From contig JBCBZT010000004.1 of NCBI GenBank assembly GCA_039815185.1, positions 160,001 through 224,000 of the forward strand: DNA of 64,000 nt, given 5' to 3'. The DNA is from Cyanobacteria bacterium P01_A01_bin.123 (GTDB taxonomy: Bacteria > Cyanobacteriota > Cyanobacteriia > Phormidesmidales > Phormidesmidaceae). The position numbers were made by a program, and so were the translations under genes. Below the pieces are notes generated by a model. The model was not told the origin of the DNA, ran no database searches, and saw only the letters and a list, made by a program, of their open reading frames with translations. Of this stretch, positions 37,518-46,912 are shown piece after piece (position 1 is the stretch's first letter; each line of letters opens with the position of its first letter).

Positions 37518-38168
37518 ATGGAATCTCCCTTGTCCCAATCTGACACCGATCGGGCCGTTTCGACCACGGCAGAATCCGATTGGGGAGCTCCTCCTCTGGT
37601 GGATCTGAGACAATACGATCAGTCTTGGTATAATCCAGGGCGTCCCCGCTGGGTAATTTTGCTGTGGTGGTTGGTTCAAGCAATCGCATTTCCGTTGACC
37701 CTCCATGCCCACCATGCTCCTCGCCGTGCCTTACTTAAGCTGTTTGGGGCGAAAGTTGGCAAGGGGGTGATTATCCGTCCTACAGCGCGATTTACCTACC
37801 CGTGGAATGTGGAAATTGGCGACTACAGTTGGGTGGGGGATGATGTAGTGTTCTACAGCTTAGATAAGATCCGGATAGGTTGTCACTGTGTTATTTCCCA
37901 AGAGACCTACCTGTGCACAGGGAGTCATGATGCTAGTGACCCCGCTTTTGGCCTCGTGACCGGCCCCATCACGATTGAAAATGGCGTGTGGATCGCCACT
38001 GATTGCTTCATCGGCCTCGATGTACGCATTGGTGCTAATGCCCTAGTGGGGGCCCGCAGCAGTGTGTTTAATGATTTACCACCGCTGCAAATTTGTCTGG
38101 GCTCACCCTGTCGCCCGAAGCGGCTACGCACGGTTGAAACCTCTAGGGTGCTCAAAGATCAGGTTTAA
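37518..38168 (+). CDS. wcaF: WcaF/HpsU-type polysaccharide O-acetyltransferase
   Basis: DLRQYDQSW...LLWWLVQ, LFGAKVG.GV.IRP, hexapeptide repeats, LCTGSHD, GSPCRP. Confidence 0.85.
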   Translation: MESPLSQSDTDRAVSTTAESDWGAPPLVDLRQYDQSWYNPGRPRWVILLWWLVQAIAFPLTLHAHHAPRRALLKLFGAKVGKGVIIRPTARFTYPWNVEIGDYSWVGDDVVFYSLDKIRIGCHCVISQETYLCTGSHDASDPAFGLVTGPITIENGVWIATDCFIGLDVRIGANALVGARSSVFNDLPPLQICLGSPCRPKRLRTVETSRVLKDQV

Positions 38169-38261
38169 TAGAGCTCCAAATGGCCCTGTTACTCAATGAA
38201 TCGATTGAATTCGGGCAAGCCCTCTAGGGGCGTAAGCACGGCGTGTATTTCGAGCACCATA

Positions 38262-38366
38262 TATAGCGCTGGCCAGATTGCTTAATGCACCGAGTATCGC
38301 CAGGATGCTGAGTCCACAAGCAATCTGGCTCGCGGTAGCGCACAAAACTTTGTGGCTACCGCTATA
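38262..38366. mobile_element. 105-bp MITE-like dispersed repeat, copy 1
   Basis: TATAGC...GCTATA ends; internal stem GCCAGATTGCTT/AAGCAATCTGGC; second hairpin GCGGTAGC/GCTACCGC; first 39 nt identical to copy 2. Confidence 0.7.
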
Positions 38367-38398
38367 CTTCGAGCGCTATAGCTGTAGATTCTGTTTTC

Positions 38399-41107
38399 CT
38401 ACTCCACATTTCTTCTAAATTGATTGCTGGTTTCCAGATCGGGCAAATTGGCCGCGATCGCATCAATTAGGCTCTGCCCGTCAAGATGACTATCGGTCAA
38501 CAGCACATCTTTCACGATAATGTCTGCCATCGGACCAATTAGGTTAGCCAGTTCTTGACGACAGCGGTTGATCAGCATCGTCTGGTCATTCACCATCGTG
38601 GCATCAGCCGATACTGTGGGGTTATTCAACACGGTGTCGTCATTAGTGTCGTCATTTAAAGCCGGATTAATTGCTGTTGGCGGCATCACCGGATTAATTG
38701 CCGTTGGCGGCATCGCTTGGGCGTGACTTTTGAATGGCGAATTGATCAAATTGATCAGCCCACCGAATAGTTCATCGTCTAAGGTGTCGTCATAGTTGGA
38801 AAAATCGATGAATCCTGACAAAGTGATAGATAGATCGGCTAAGGCAGTCTCATCAACAACATGGGGTTGCTCTCCCCTAGGCTGCATCAGCAGCATTGAG
38901 GGATCTTGCTTAACATGGGTCAATCGAGCCGATAGGGCGCGAATTACAAACGTATGGAGAACATTCGCTAAAGCCGGTTCATCCGCTTCCATCTGCATCA
39001 AGGCAGCTTGATCAAGCTTATAGAGGCAGCTAGACCGTTCAGCCAAAATCGATGCTGAACGAGGGGCTTGGGTATAGAGCCCCATTTCACCCAGCACAGC
39101 CCCTGGTCCAAAGGAGCGTAATCGACGCGTTGACCCATCTGGCATCTCCAGCAAAACATTGAGTTGCCCGGACGCCACAAAATAAAGGCTGTCGGAGTAA
39201 TCGCCCTGATTAAATAAATACTGCCTGGCTTCGAGGTTGACTTTTTGGAGATATTCCAAAAACAAGGCAATTTGACTGTCGTTATTAAACAAACCACTCA
39301 ACCGCAGGACTGATGACTCAGCAGGCAGTAGATTTTGACTGGCGGTTTCAAGCAGCCTGTTTTCGCACCACTCTATTCCCCGATCTAGGTCGGGGAAGCG
39401 TTCAACTTGCCTTGACGCTTGAAAAGCACTGCCCTGCTCTAGGAGATGCCAGATGTCATCTGATGGAGCCGTAAACAGCAGGGTCAATTCGTTATGTTCA
39501 GCTAACTGGCGCAGTTTGCTGAAGATCACCACTGCTGAGGCATCTAGCCCAGTGACTAATCGAAAATCAAAGACGATGAACTCGAGGGGGGCGTGATCGA
39601 TAAGCTGCAACCGCGATCGCACCAGTTGTAGCAAATTATTGACAGTGCCAAAAAAGAGAAAGCCTTGCAGTTCAAGGATGTGGATTTGTTCACCGTGTTG
39701 CCTCAACCACCGCTCTTGATGTGAGGTCCGCTCTACGTTGCTTCTATAATCACGCCCGGTCAACACGCGACGGGTGGTCGCAACCTGGCTATAGCGCAGT
39801 ACAAAGACCAAGGCTGCTACCACCAAGCCGCCGCTAATACCACGCAGTAAACCCGCTGTGGCAATAATGCCCAAAATCAGCAGCACCGTAAAATAATCGG
39901 CCCTGGGCATTTTGGTGCGAGACTCAATCCCCCATTCAAACAGGAGGCCCAGCCCTAGATATACCAGCACCCCACCCACAATGGCACGCGGAATCATCCC
40001 TAATACAGAAATGCCAAATAGTAGGGTGAGTGCAAACACCCCCGCTGCAGTGAGCCCGACCAGTCGACTTCTGCCGCCCATGCGCCACGCCAGAATAGAG
40101 CTTTTGAGGGAAAAACTGCCTGCTACCCCGCCAGTGAAACCACTCAGGCAATTCGCAACTCCGACGGTAAAGAGTTCTCGCTTGAGGTTACCTTCCCGAT
40201 CGGTAATCACTTCTAACCCAACTGCATTGAGCAACAGGGATAGGGCCGAGAGCGTCATCAAGGTCAGTAGGCTGCCTGCCTGTTGACGCAGCGCAGACCA
40301 CTGAATTTGCCCGACAGAGACACCCTCTAGGGTTTGCCAAAATCCCCCCTGATTAAACGGGCCGAGCAGCAGCCCCTGGCTCTCGGCGGTGCCCACAGAG
40401 ACATTGAGTAGCAACAAGGTCAGATAAAACAGTGCGATCGCGCCTAGTACACTCACGGGGATCAAGATAGGTCGATTAAGGCGTCTTACCATGAGCATCA
40501 GCCACCCGGCCAGCAATGCTCCGGGCAGCCAGCGTAATAAGGTATCCGGGTTGAGCATTAGAATTACCATTGCTTTCCCCAAGGGCTCCCGCAGCATAAA
40601 CTTGAACCCCCCCTCGACTAGCAAAAACCCTATCCCAGCCAGGAAACCACCAACGATCGGAAAAGGGATATACCGAATTACCTTATCGAGTTTGAAAGGA
40701 CTCAAAATCAGCAAAAAGATGCCGGTTAGCAGAGAACCCAAAGCAATGGCAGCCAAAATTGTGGGGAGTATCGCTTCTGGCATTGCTACCGCCGTCAGCT
40801 GAGTCCCAATTGCAGCCGCCATTACCGCCAGAATCGTGACTTGCTCAGGCTGAGGGTTGCCAATCGCAATAGGAAAAGAACTCCCGAGTGCAGTAATAAT
40901 CCGAATCAGAAAGTTGCTGAGCAGCATAATGCCGATGCCAACCGGAAGATAGGCATCGAGCTCAGCCGAGAAAATCAGACCTGCCAGAGAAATAGCACTC
41001 AAGACAGAAATAGTCCCGGTCAGTAGACCCGCTAAAATATCGTTCAGCGTTTGCCGAACTGGGGATGCCATTACTTGAGCAGCATTGCTGGAGGTGGAGG
41101 GTGCCAT
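38399..41107 (-). CDS. SulP family anion transporter with STAS and cNMP-binding domains and a C-terminal extension
   Basis: Multi-TM SulP core (IRYIPFPIVGGFLAG), STAS LQGFLFFG..DFRLVTGLDASA, cNMP LFNQGD...GEMGLY...PRSAS. Confidence 0.9.
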   Translation of the reverse strand: MAPSTSSNAAQVMASPVRQTLNDILAGLLTGTISVLSAISLAGLIFSAELDAYLPVGIGIMLLSNFLIRIITALGSSFPIAIGNPQPEQVTILAVMAAAIGTQLTAVAMPEAILPTILAAIALGSLLTGIFLLILSPFKLDKVIRYIPFPIVGGFLAGIGFLLVEGGFKFMLREPLGKAMVILMLNPDTLLRWLPGALLAGWLMLMVRRLNRPILIPVSVLGAIALFYLTLLLLNVSVGTAESQGLLLGPFNQGGFWQTLEGVSVGQIQWSALRQQAGSLLTLMTLSALSLLLNAVGLEVITDREGNLKRELFTVGVANCLSGFTGGVAGSFSLKSSILAWRMGGRSRLVGLTAAGVFALTLLFGISVLGMIPRAIVGGVLVYLGLGLLFEWGIESRTKMPRADYFTVLLILGIIATAGLLRGISGGLVVAALVFVLRYSQVATTRRVLTGRDYRSNVERTSHQERWLRQHGEQIHILELQGFLFFGTVNNLLQLVRSRLQLIDHAPLEFIVFDFRLVTGLDASAVVIFSKLRQLAEHNELTLLFTAPSDDIWHLLEQGSAFQASRQVERFPDLDRGIEWCENRLLETASQNLLPAESSVLRLSGLFNNDSQIALFLEYLQKVNLEARQYLFNQGDYSDSLYFVASGQLNVLLEMPDGSTRRLRSFGPGAVLGEMGLYTQAPRSASILAERSSCLYKLDQAALMQMEADEPALANVLHTFVIRALSARLTHVKQDPSMLLMQPRGEQPHVVDETALADLSITLSGFIDFSNYDDTLDDELFGGLINLINSPFKSHAQAMPPTAINPVMPPTAINPALNDDTNDDTVLNNPTVSADATMVNDQTMLINRCRQELANLIGPMADIIVKDVLLTDSHLDGQSLIDAIAANLPDLETSNQFRRNVE
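38662..38715. repeat. In-frame 27-bp tandem repeat in the SulP tail
   Basis: Encodes MPPTAINP twice. Confidence 0.8.
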
Positions 41108-41268
41108 AGCCTGCCAGAATTCGGGGACAGTATCGACTAGCCTTATTTAGGCATTTTAGGCATTAAACCTTACTAGAATAGGATAGATTCATGGTCACTC
41201 CTATTCCAGATCAAACTGGATTGACACCATTCCATTAGATAGTGAAACCTTGGCCACATCCAGCTTGA

Positions 41269-41787
41269 GCCAAAAGCTCGTGCTTAACGCCCGTTCCCGC
41301 ATGGGAAGACTTCCCAGCTGACTTCCGCGAGACTTTTCAAGCCTTTCGTACCCCTGAGGTTGGTTGGGAGATGATTGTCAATCAAAATATTTTTGTCGAA
41401 AAAATCTTGCCCGGTGGGATCATGCGGCCTTTAACTGACGCCGAGATGGATTTCTACCGTGCCCCTTATCAGCAAATCGCTAGCCGTAAACCCGTTTGGC
41501 GCTGGCCCAATGAGATTCCAATTGCAGGGGAACCGGCGGATGTGGTTGGCATTGTCAATGACTACAATGCCAAGCTACAGCAGTCTGATCTTCCTAAACT
41601 GCTGTTCACTGTAAATCCTGGCGTGTTGTTACCAGCTCCAATAGTTGCCTGGTGTCAGCAACATCTCAAAAATCTTACCATCGTTGATTTAGGTGCTGGA
41701 CTGCACTTTGTACAAGAAGATCTTGTACAAGAAGATCATCCCCACGAGATTGGGACAGCCCTAGCCAAGTGGTATCAGGCTCTTTAG
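41269..41787 (+). pseudogene. Haloalkane dehalogenase C-terminal remnant
   Basis: After TGA 41266-41268: LTPVPAWEDFPADFRETFQAFRTPEVG..IVNQNIFVE..LP, WRWPNEIPIAGEP, GLHFVQED; N-terminal half with the nucleophile Asp is absent; 15-bp duplication 41708-41737. Confidence 0.8.
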
Positions 41788-41856
41788 ATGACGAGATGAC
41801 GTTCTGGATTCTGAATTTTCATTTCAGGATAATGTCCCGTTTCAAGTTGCTAGCGC

Positions 41857-42885
41857 CTATTCATCGCACATCGCAGCCTCAACCAGACTTGGGACTTGCT
41901 CAATCTGCTCTCGATTAACCATCAAATTTGTGACGGCTCTCAGAGAGTTGGGGCCAGTTGCTAAAACAGCCACACCCTTTTCTGAGAGCCGTTCTACCAG
42001 CATCTGCGCAGGCATCGTTGTCGTGTGAAACATGACGATGTTTGTTTGAACTGCATCGGGATTGATCTCAATCCCCTCTACTTGATGCAGTCCTTCGGCC
42101 AAAAGTTTGGCGTTGAGGTGATCGTCTTTCAATCGCTCTCGATGATGTTTCAAGGCATACAATGCGCCTGCCGCCATCAGGCCGACTTGACGCATGGACC
42201 CCCCAAAGAGTTTGCGGAACCGGCGCGATCGCTCAATCAACGCTTTCGACCCGACTAACGCCGACCCAATCGGTGCCCCTAAGCCCTTAGAAAAACAAAC
42301 ACTGACTGAATCAAAAGCTTGGGCATAGTCTGCCTCAGCAATCCCTGTGGCAACACAGGCGTTCCAAAACCGCGCGCCATCGAGATGTAGTTGCAGACCT
42401 TGATTTTGACAAACTTCAGCGATCGCCTGGATTTCAGCCAAGGGATAAATCTGGCCGCCGCCGCGATTATGGGTATTTTCTAGGCACACTAATTTAGTTC
42501 TAGGAAAGTGCACATCCATAGGACGCAACACCTTCATCAGGTCTGCTGCTGTGAAAATGCCATGGTTGCCTTGAACCAGTCGACACATGACCCCAGACAA
42601 AGCGGCAGGAGCACCGCCTTCGTAGTAGTAGATGTGAGCTTGTGATTCTAAAACAACTTCGTCTCCTGGCTCCGTATGAGTACGGAGAGCGACTTGATTC
42701 GTCATCGTGCCAGATGGCATAAAAACAGCCGCTTCCTTGCCAAGTAGCTCAGCCACATAGGCTTCCAGTGCATTAACGGTTGGGTCATCGCCAAACACAT
42801 CATCGCCGACTTGAGCGTGGGCGATCGCCTCTCGCATTGCCGGTGTCGGTTGGGTCACTGTATCGCTTCTAAGGTCGATAAGCAT
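41857..42885 (-). CDS. ltaE: Low-specificity L-threonine aldolase
   Basis: IDLRSDTVTQPT, GDDVFGDDPT, PSGTMTN, LENTHN, HLDGAR, CFSKGLGAP. Confidence 0.93.
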   Translation of the reverse strand: MLIDLRSDTVTQPTPAMREAIAHAQVGDDVFGDDPTVNALEAYVAELLGKEAAVFMPSGTMTNQVALRTHTEPGDEVVLESQAHIYYYEGGAPAALSGVMCRLVQGNHGIFTAADLMKVLRPMDVHFPRTKLVCLENTHNRGGGQIYPLAEIQAIAEVCQNQGLQLHLDGARFWNACVATGIAEADYAQAFDSVSVCFSKGLGAPIGSALVGSKALIERSRRFRKLFGGSMRQVGLMAAGALYALKHHRERLKDDHLNAKLLAEGLHQVEGIEINPDAVQTNIVMFHTTTMPAQMLVERLSEKGVAVLATGPNSLRAVTNLMVNREQIEQVPSLVEAAMCDE

Positions 42886-43148
42886 GGTATTTGATGGGGA
42901 CACTATTGCGCTTCCATTAAAACAATCAAAGGCTACTACGCTTCAGACTAGATTTGTACAAAATATATCTTTCATGCGGTTGAGCATACTTAAATAACCA
43001 GAAATTTCTCTTCAAATCAACACAGATTCAACTCACAAATTATCACTTTTTATCACACCTCGTTAAACCCCAACATTTGGAAGAACTTAATTTTCAGTGA
43101 TATGTTGTATATCTCGCATTTGATAAATTCTGAGTGAAGAGAGGCGAT

Positions 43149-43826
43149 ATGTTAGCTGAAACAGTATCCTCCAATATTAAATCTCAGTCTGATGCATTAT
43201 TGAGAATTGTGATAGTAGAAGATGATCCGGTAATGCAGTTGGGGTTAGAACAGTTTTTAGAAGATTACGAAAATTTCCAGGTGGTTGGCCGAGCAGAAGA
43301 TGGCTACTCAGGAATTACGTTGGCGCTGGATTTAAGGCCTGATTTAGTGGTTATGGACATCGGCCTCCCCAAACTTGATGGGATTGCGGCTACCCAGCAA
43401 ATTAAACAAAGAAGACCGGACGTTCGAGTCGTCATGCTCACGTCTCATACCGCAGATGCTGAAATGATTGCGGCGCTGGCCAGCGGTGCTGATGCCTACT
43501 GCATCAAGGGCACCAGCCTTGAACAGTTGGCGGTTGCGATTAATTGTGCCCACAACGGCGCTACCTATTTGGATCCACAAATTGCCCGTCGTGTCATTGG
43601 ACATCTGCAATACACTCATCCCACAACTCCTGCTATTGACCTGTCTAGTCGAGAGTTAGATGTGCTCAAACTGATTGTTGAAGGCAAAAGCAATCCTGAA
43701 ATTTCTTCTGAACTTTTTCTGAGTATTAGTACGGTCAAGACCCATCTCCGCAGCATCATGAACAAGTTATCGGTCGATGATCGGGTTCAAGCCGCGGTTG
43801 CAGCGCTGCGCTCTGGTCTTGTCTAA
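43149..43826 (+). CDS. NarL/LuxR family response regulator
   Basis: VEDD, VMDIGLP..DG, MLTS, CIKG; LSSRELDVL...G.SN.EI...TVKTH. Confidence 0.93.
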   Translation: MLAETVSSNIKSQSDALLRIVIVEDDPVMQLGLEQFLEDYENFQVVGRAEDGYSGITLALDLRPDLVVMDIGLPKLDGIAATQQIKQRRPDVRVVMLTSHTADAEMIAALASGADAYCIKGTSLEQLAVAINCAHNGATYLDPQIARRVIGHLQYTHPTTPAIDLSSRELDVLKLIVEGKSNPEISSELFLSISTVKTHLRSIMNKLSVDDRVQAAVAALRSGLV

Positions 43827-44289
43827 TCAGACAGGCTAAAAAGCAGAAGCACTGGCAGTATTTGATACTCAGCTCCCCTCTGGGCGACGGCAACTTAGAT
43901 CCCTTTTTCAGCAAGTGTTTGCATTTAAAGATCATTTTTTAGCCTAGTATAAAAACTATCGCTTGAGTCAACTACTCGATGCTGAACCTTGACTTCAACG
44001 CTACTGCATTAAACGGTTAGATCGACTAATCTACCTCGATCAGAAAATATATAGCCTGTTAAAGAAGATTAAATCATCTGTAGTGTAGCCATTAACCTTA
44101 GCCATATTCAAATCCCTACTTTTCTCTTGTAGAGAGGTTAAAGTAGTTAGTCCCCCAGCGGACTATAGAACCCGATATCTCTACACTTTAAGGATTGATG
44201 AAGGTAACCGTGATAGGTTAATAACTTGGAACTTCTAACCTATAAAGGAATTCGATGCCACCAGTAAAGTACTGGGGGAAACAAGAATC

Positions 44290-45354
44290 ATGCGTCGGAC
44301 GGTATTATTTCTGTCAAGGTTTGTCCTCAGCCTTTGGGGTGTTCTGATAACTGGTTTACTAATTTTGCTGCTATCAAATGCACCGAACGTACCCGTAAGT
44401 GCGCCGTTTGCTGGTATATCGATTAATGCTGAAGATGGCGCTAGTGTTTATTTACCCAATCGTATCTTTGCCTGTGCAGAAATAGGACAAGATTTTCAGT
44501 GTCAAACAAACCTTCAAGGTCAGTCGCTAGATCTCATTTTGAGAAAAGGAAGTCGCTATCCCTATGATCTCAGAAATTGCCGTGCTCAGTACAATGGCCG
44601 CCCAGTAGGCTGTCAAGAGATAGGGATGACGTATGCCCCCAGCAGGTCAGACCTCTATGAAATTACAGATTTGCAGTTAAACCCTCAAGACTTGCAAGCC
44701 GTCCAACAACAATATAGGGGCCTTAATACCCTCAAACAGTTGGGAGAACGTCGCCTATTTCAGATCAGTGCTGGACTATCTCTAGCTGCAGGTATCAGCG
44801 CTGTTTTCTTCACATGGCTACATCCTGGCTTGCTTAGCAGAGCTTTTGTCAGCTTTGCTTCTGGTTTTGGCATTTATCACTTAGTTTGGCAGTTTTTGGG
44901 TCGAGTGCAATATGACGTAGTTACCCCCTATGGACTGACACCCGATGCCTGGGGTTGGGTTGTGAATGGTGGCGCGATCGCGGCGGGTATCGGCACAGCC
45001 ATTGCGACGGCTATGTTACTGTGGCACAACTTGCGTGGCATCACTAAAGTTTTGTTCAGCCTAATCAGCAGCGTGGGTATTCTCAGTCTTTGTTGGTTTT
45101 CTTTCGACATACTTATTGGATTTGGTCTCAGCCCAGTCAAAATCTTTTTGTCCCAATATATTGGGGCGTCAGGGTGGTTGTTCATCACCCTTGGAATTTC
45201 CATTGTCTGTGCCATCGCTGCTGCAGTTTGGCTGCGGTTACACACAGGTCAATCGATCCAACGATTCCTGAGTCTCGGCAGTGGGTGGGGTACGATCGCG
45301 ATTGCGATGTATTCCTTTGTATACCTACTTTTAGGGCTAGGCTATGCTGATTAA
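44290..45354 (+). CDS. Hypothetical integral membrane protein
   Basis: N-terminal TM, extracytoplasmic loop with four Cys, about six C-terminal TM segments. Confidence 0.7.
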   Translation: MRRTVLFLSRFVLSLWGVLITGLLILLLSNAPNVPVSAPFAGISINAEDGASVYLPNRIFACAEIGQDFQCQTNLQGQSLDLILRKGSRYPYDLRNCRAQYNGRPVGCQEIGMTYAPSRSDLYEITDLQLNPQDLQAVQQQYRGLNTLKQLGERRLFQISAGLSLAAGISAVFFTWLHPGLLSRAFVSFASGFGIYHLVWQFLGRVQYDVVTPYGLTPDAWGWVVNGGAIAAGIGTAIATAMLLWHNLRGITKVLFSLISSVGILSLCWFSFDILIGFGLSPVKIFLSQYIGASGWLFITLGISIVCAIAAAVWLRLHTGQSIQRFLSLGSGWGTIAIAMYSFVYLLLGLGYAD

Positions 45355-45427
45355 ACAGAGGTCATTAGTCAGCAAATAGAGCTTTTCGACGCTGGTGACA
45401 CAGCTCTTTGTCACGCATACAAATCTA

Positions 45428-46699
45428 ATGTCTAGACGATCTAAAATTGGCCCAAAAAGCCTGATTATCACTGGATTAATCAGTCTCTCTTTGTGGATAC
45501 TGCCTAGATTAGTCGTGCCTGCAACCTCAGCACAGTCTGCTCTATTTGATACGGTTTGGGAAACCGTCAACGACAACTTTTATGACACCAATTTCAACAG
45601 CGTAGACTGGGCAGCGCTAGGTGAGCAATATCAACCCCAAGTCGCACAAGCTCCGTCCAGTGAAGAAAAAGCCGCACTCATTAATGAGATGCTGGCCAAG
45701 CTACAAACCTCCCATACCCACCTCTACACTGCCGATGAGCCTGCCTACTATCAGCTGCTCGGTATTTTCTATCCGCGTTTACCTGATCTTCAAGCTCAAC
45801 TTCAAGCCACATTTCCAGACGGTAAGGTGGACTATGTGGGCATTGGTCTAGTTACCCACCATACAGAAGGCAAAACATTTGTCAAAGCTATCTTTGATGG
45901 TGGCCCGGCAGCGGCAGCGGGTCTGCAAGTGGGTGATCAAATTCTTAGTGTGGCAGGCCAGCCGTTGCAGCCGATTCAATCATTTTTGGACAAAGCCGAC
46001 CAACCCATTACGATGCAGGTGCAACGGTCGGCGGATCCTGATAGTCAGCAAGAGATTACGGTCACACCCAAACAATATGACGGCATCACCATGTTTCTCG
46101 ATGCGATGTCAGACAGCGTAGACGTGATTGAAAGATCGGGTCGGCAGATTGGCTACATTCATATTTGGTCTTATGCAGGCGACCAGTATCAACAAAAGCT
46201 AGAAGAGGAGCTGATTTATGGTCGTTTGAAAGATGCCGACGCGTTAGTACTTGATCTGAGAGACGGTTGGGGTGGTGCCCCGCTGACAGCGCTTAATTTG
46301 TATACAGCGAGAGGCCCCAGTTTGACCCATATTAGGCGGGATGGGAGGGCTTCAACCTACCAGCCTCATTGGGACAAACCTGTAGTTATGCTGGTGAATG
46401 AAGGCAGCCGCAGCGCTAAAGAAATTTTGGCCTATGGCTTTCAACAGTACGATATTGGGCCAGTTGTAGGCAGTCCAACCCCTGGTGCGGTTGTTGCTGG
46501 GCGGGCTTTTCTGATGCCAGATAATAGTCTGTTATATGTTGCCGTAGGGGATGTTTACTTGGATGAAACGGTTCGCTTGGAGGGGATGGGTGTGACACCC
46601 GATATCGTTGTACCTTTCCCGATTGAGTATGCCCAAGGTGCAGATCCGCAAAAAGACCAGGCGATCGCGACAGCTTTAGACGCGATTAATGCGCAATGA
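45428..46699 (+). CDS. S41 family peptidase with PDZ domain
   Basis: Signal peptide, FDTVWETVNDNFYD, VGIG, GPAAAAGL.VGD, LDLRDGWGG, SRSAKE, GVTPD. Confidence 0.9.
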   Translation: MSRRSKIGPKSLIITGLISLSLWILPRLVVPATSAQSALFDTVWETVNDNFYDTNFNSVDWAALGEQYQPQVAQAPSSEEKAALINEMLAKLQTSHTHLYTADEPAYYQLLGIFYPRLPDLQAQLQATFPDGKVDYVGIGLVTHHTEGKTFVKAIFDGGPAAAAGLQVGDQILSVAGQPLQPIQSFLDKADQPITMQVQRSADPDSQQEITVTPKQYDGITMFLDAMSDSVDVIERSGRQIGYIHIWSYAGDQYQQKLEEELIYGRLKDADALVLDLRDGWGGAPLTALNLYTARGPSLTHIRRDGRASTYQPHWDKPVVMLVNEGSRSAKEILAYGFQQYDIGPVVGSPTPGAVVAGRAFLMPDNSLLYVAVGDVYLDETVRLEGMGVTPDIVVPFPIEYAQGADPQKDQAIATALDAINAQ

Positions 46700-46736
46700 C
46701 GAGGTATCAGATCAACGCCCTGCCTTCGCCGACATT

Positions 46737-46841
46737 TATAGCGCTGGCCAGATTGCTTAATGCACCGAGTATCGCTGGAATACCTAGTCCACAAGCAATC
46801 TGGCTAGCAGCCGTGTCCTAATCGGACTGGCGACTGCTATA
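46737..46841. mobile_element. 105-bp MITE-like dispersed repeat, copy 2
   Basis: Same length and TATAGC...GCTATA ends as copy 1; same first stem, divergent second hairpin. Confidence 0.7.
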
Positions 46842-46912
46842 AGTCAGCGCTTACTTTTTACCCATCTGCTTTTGCAAGCCAAGCTGATCAAAGATCATGA
46901 ACAATCAGCCGC

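Noticed and set aside
36387..41800. AGATGACGAGATGAC seen near 36387 and 41787
   Set aside because: Short 8-bp doublets with unrelated flanks; no sign of an element.
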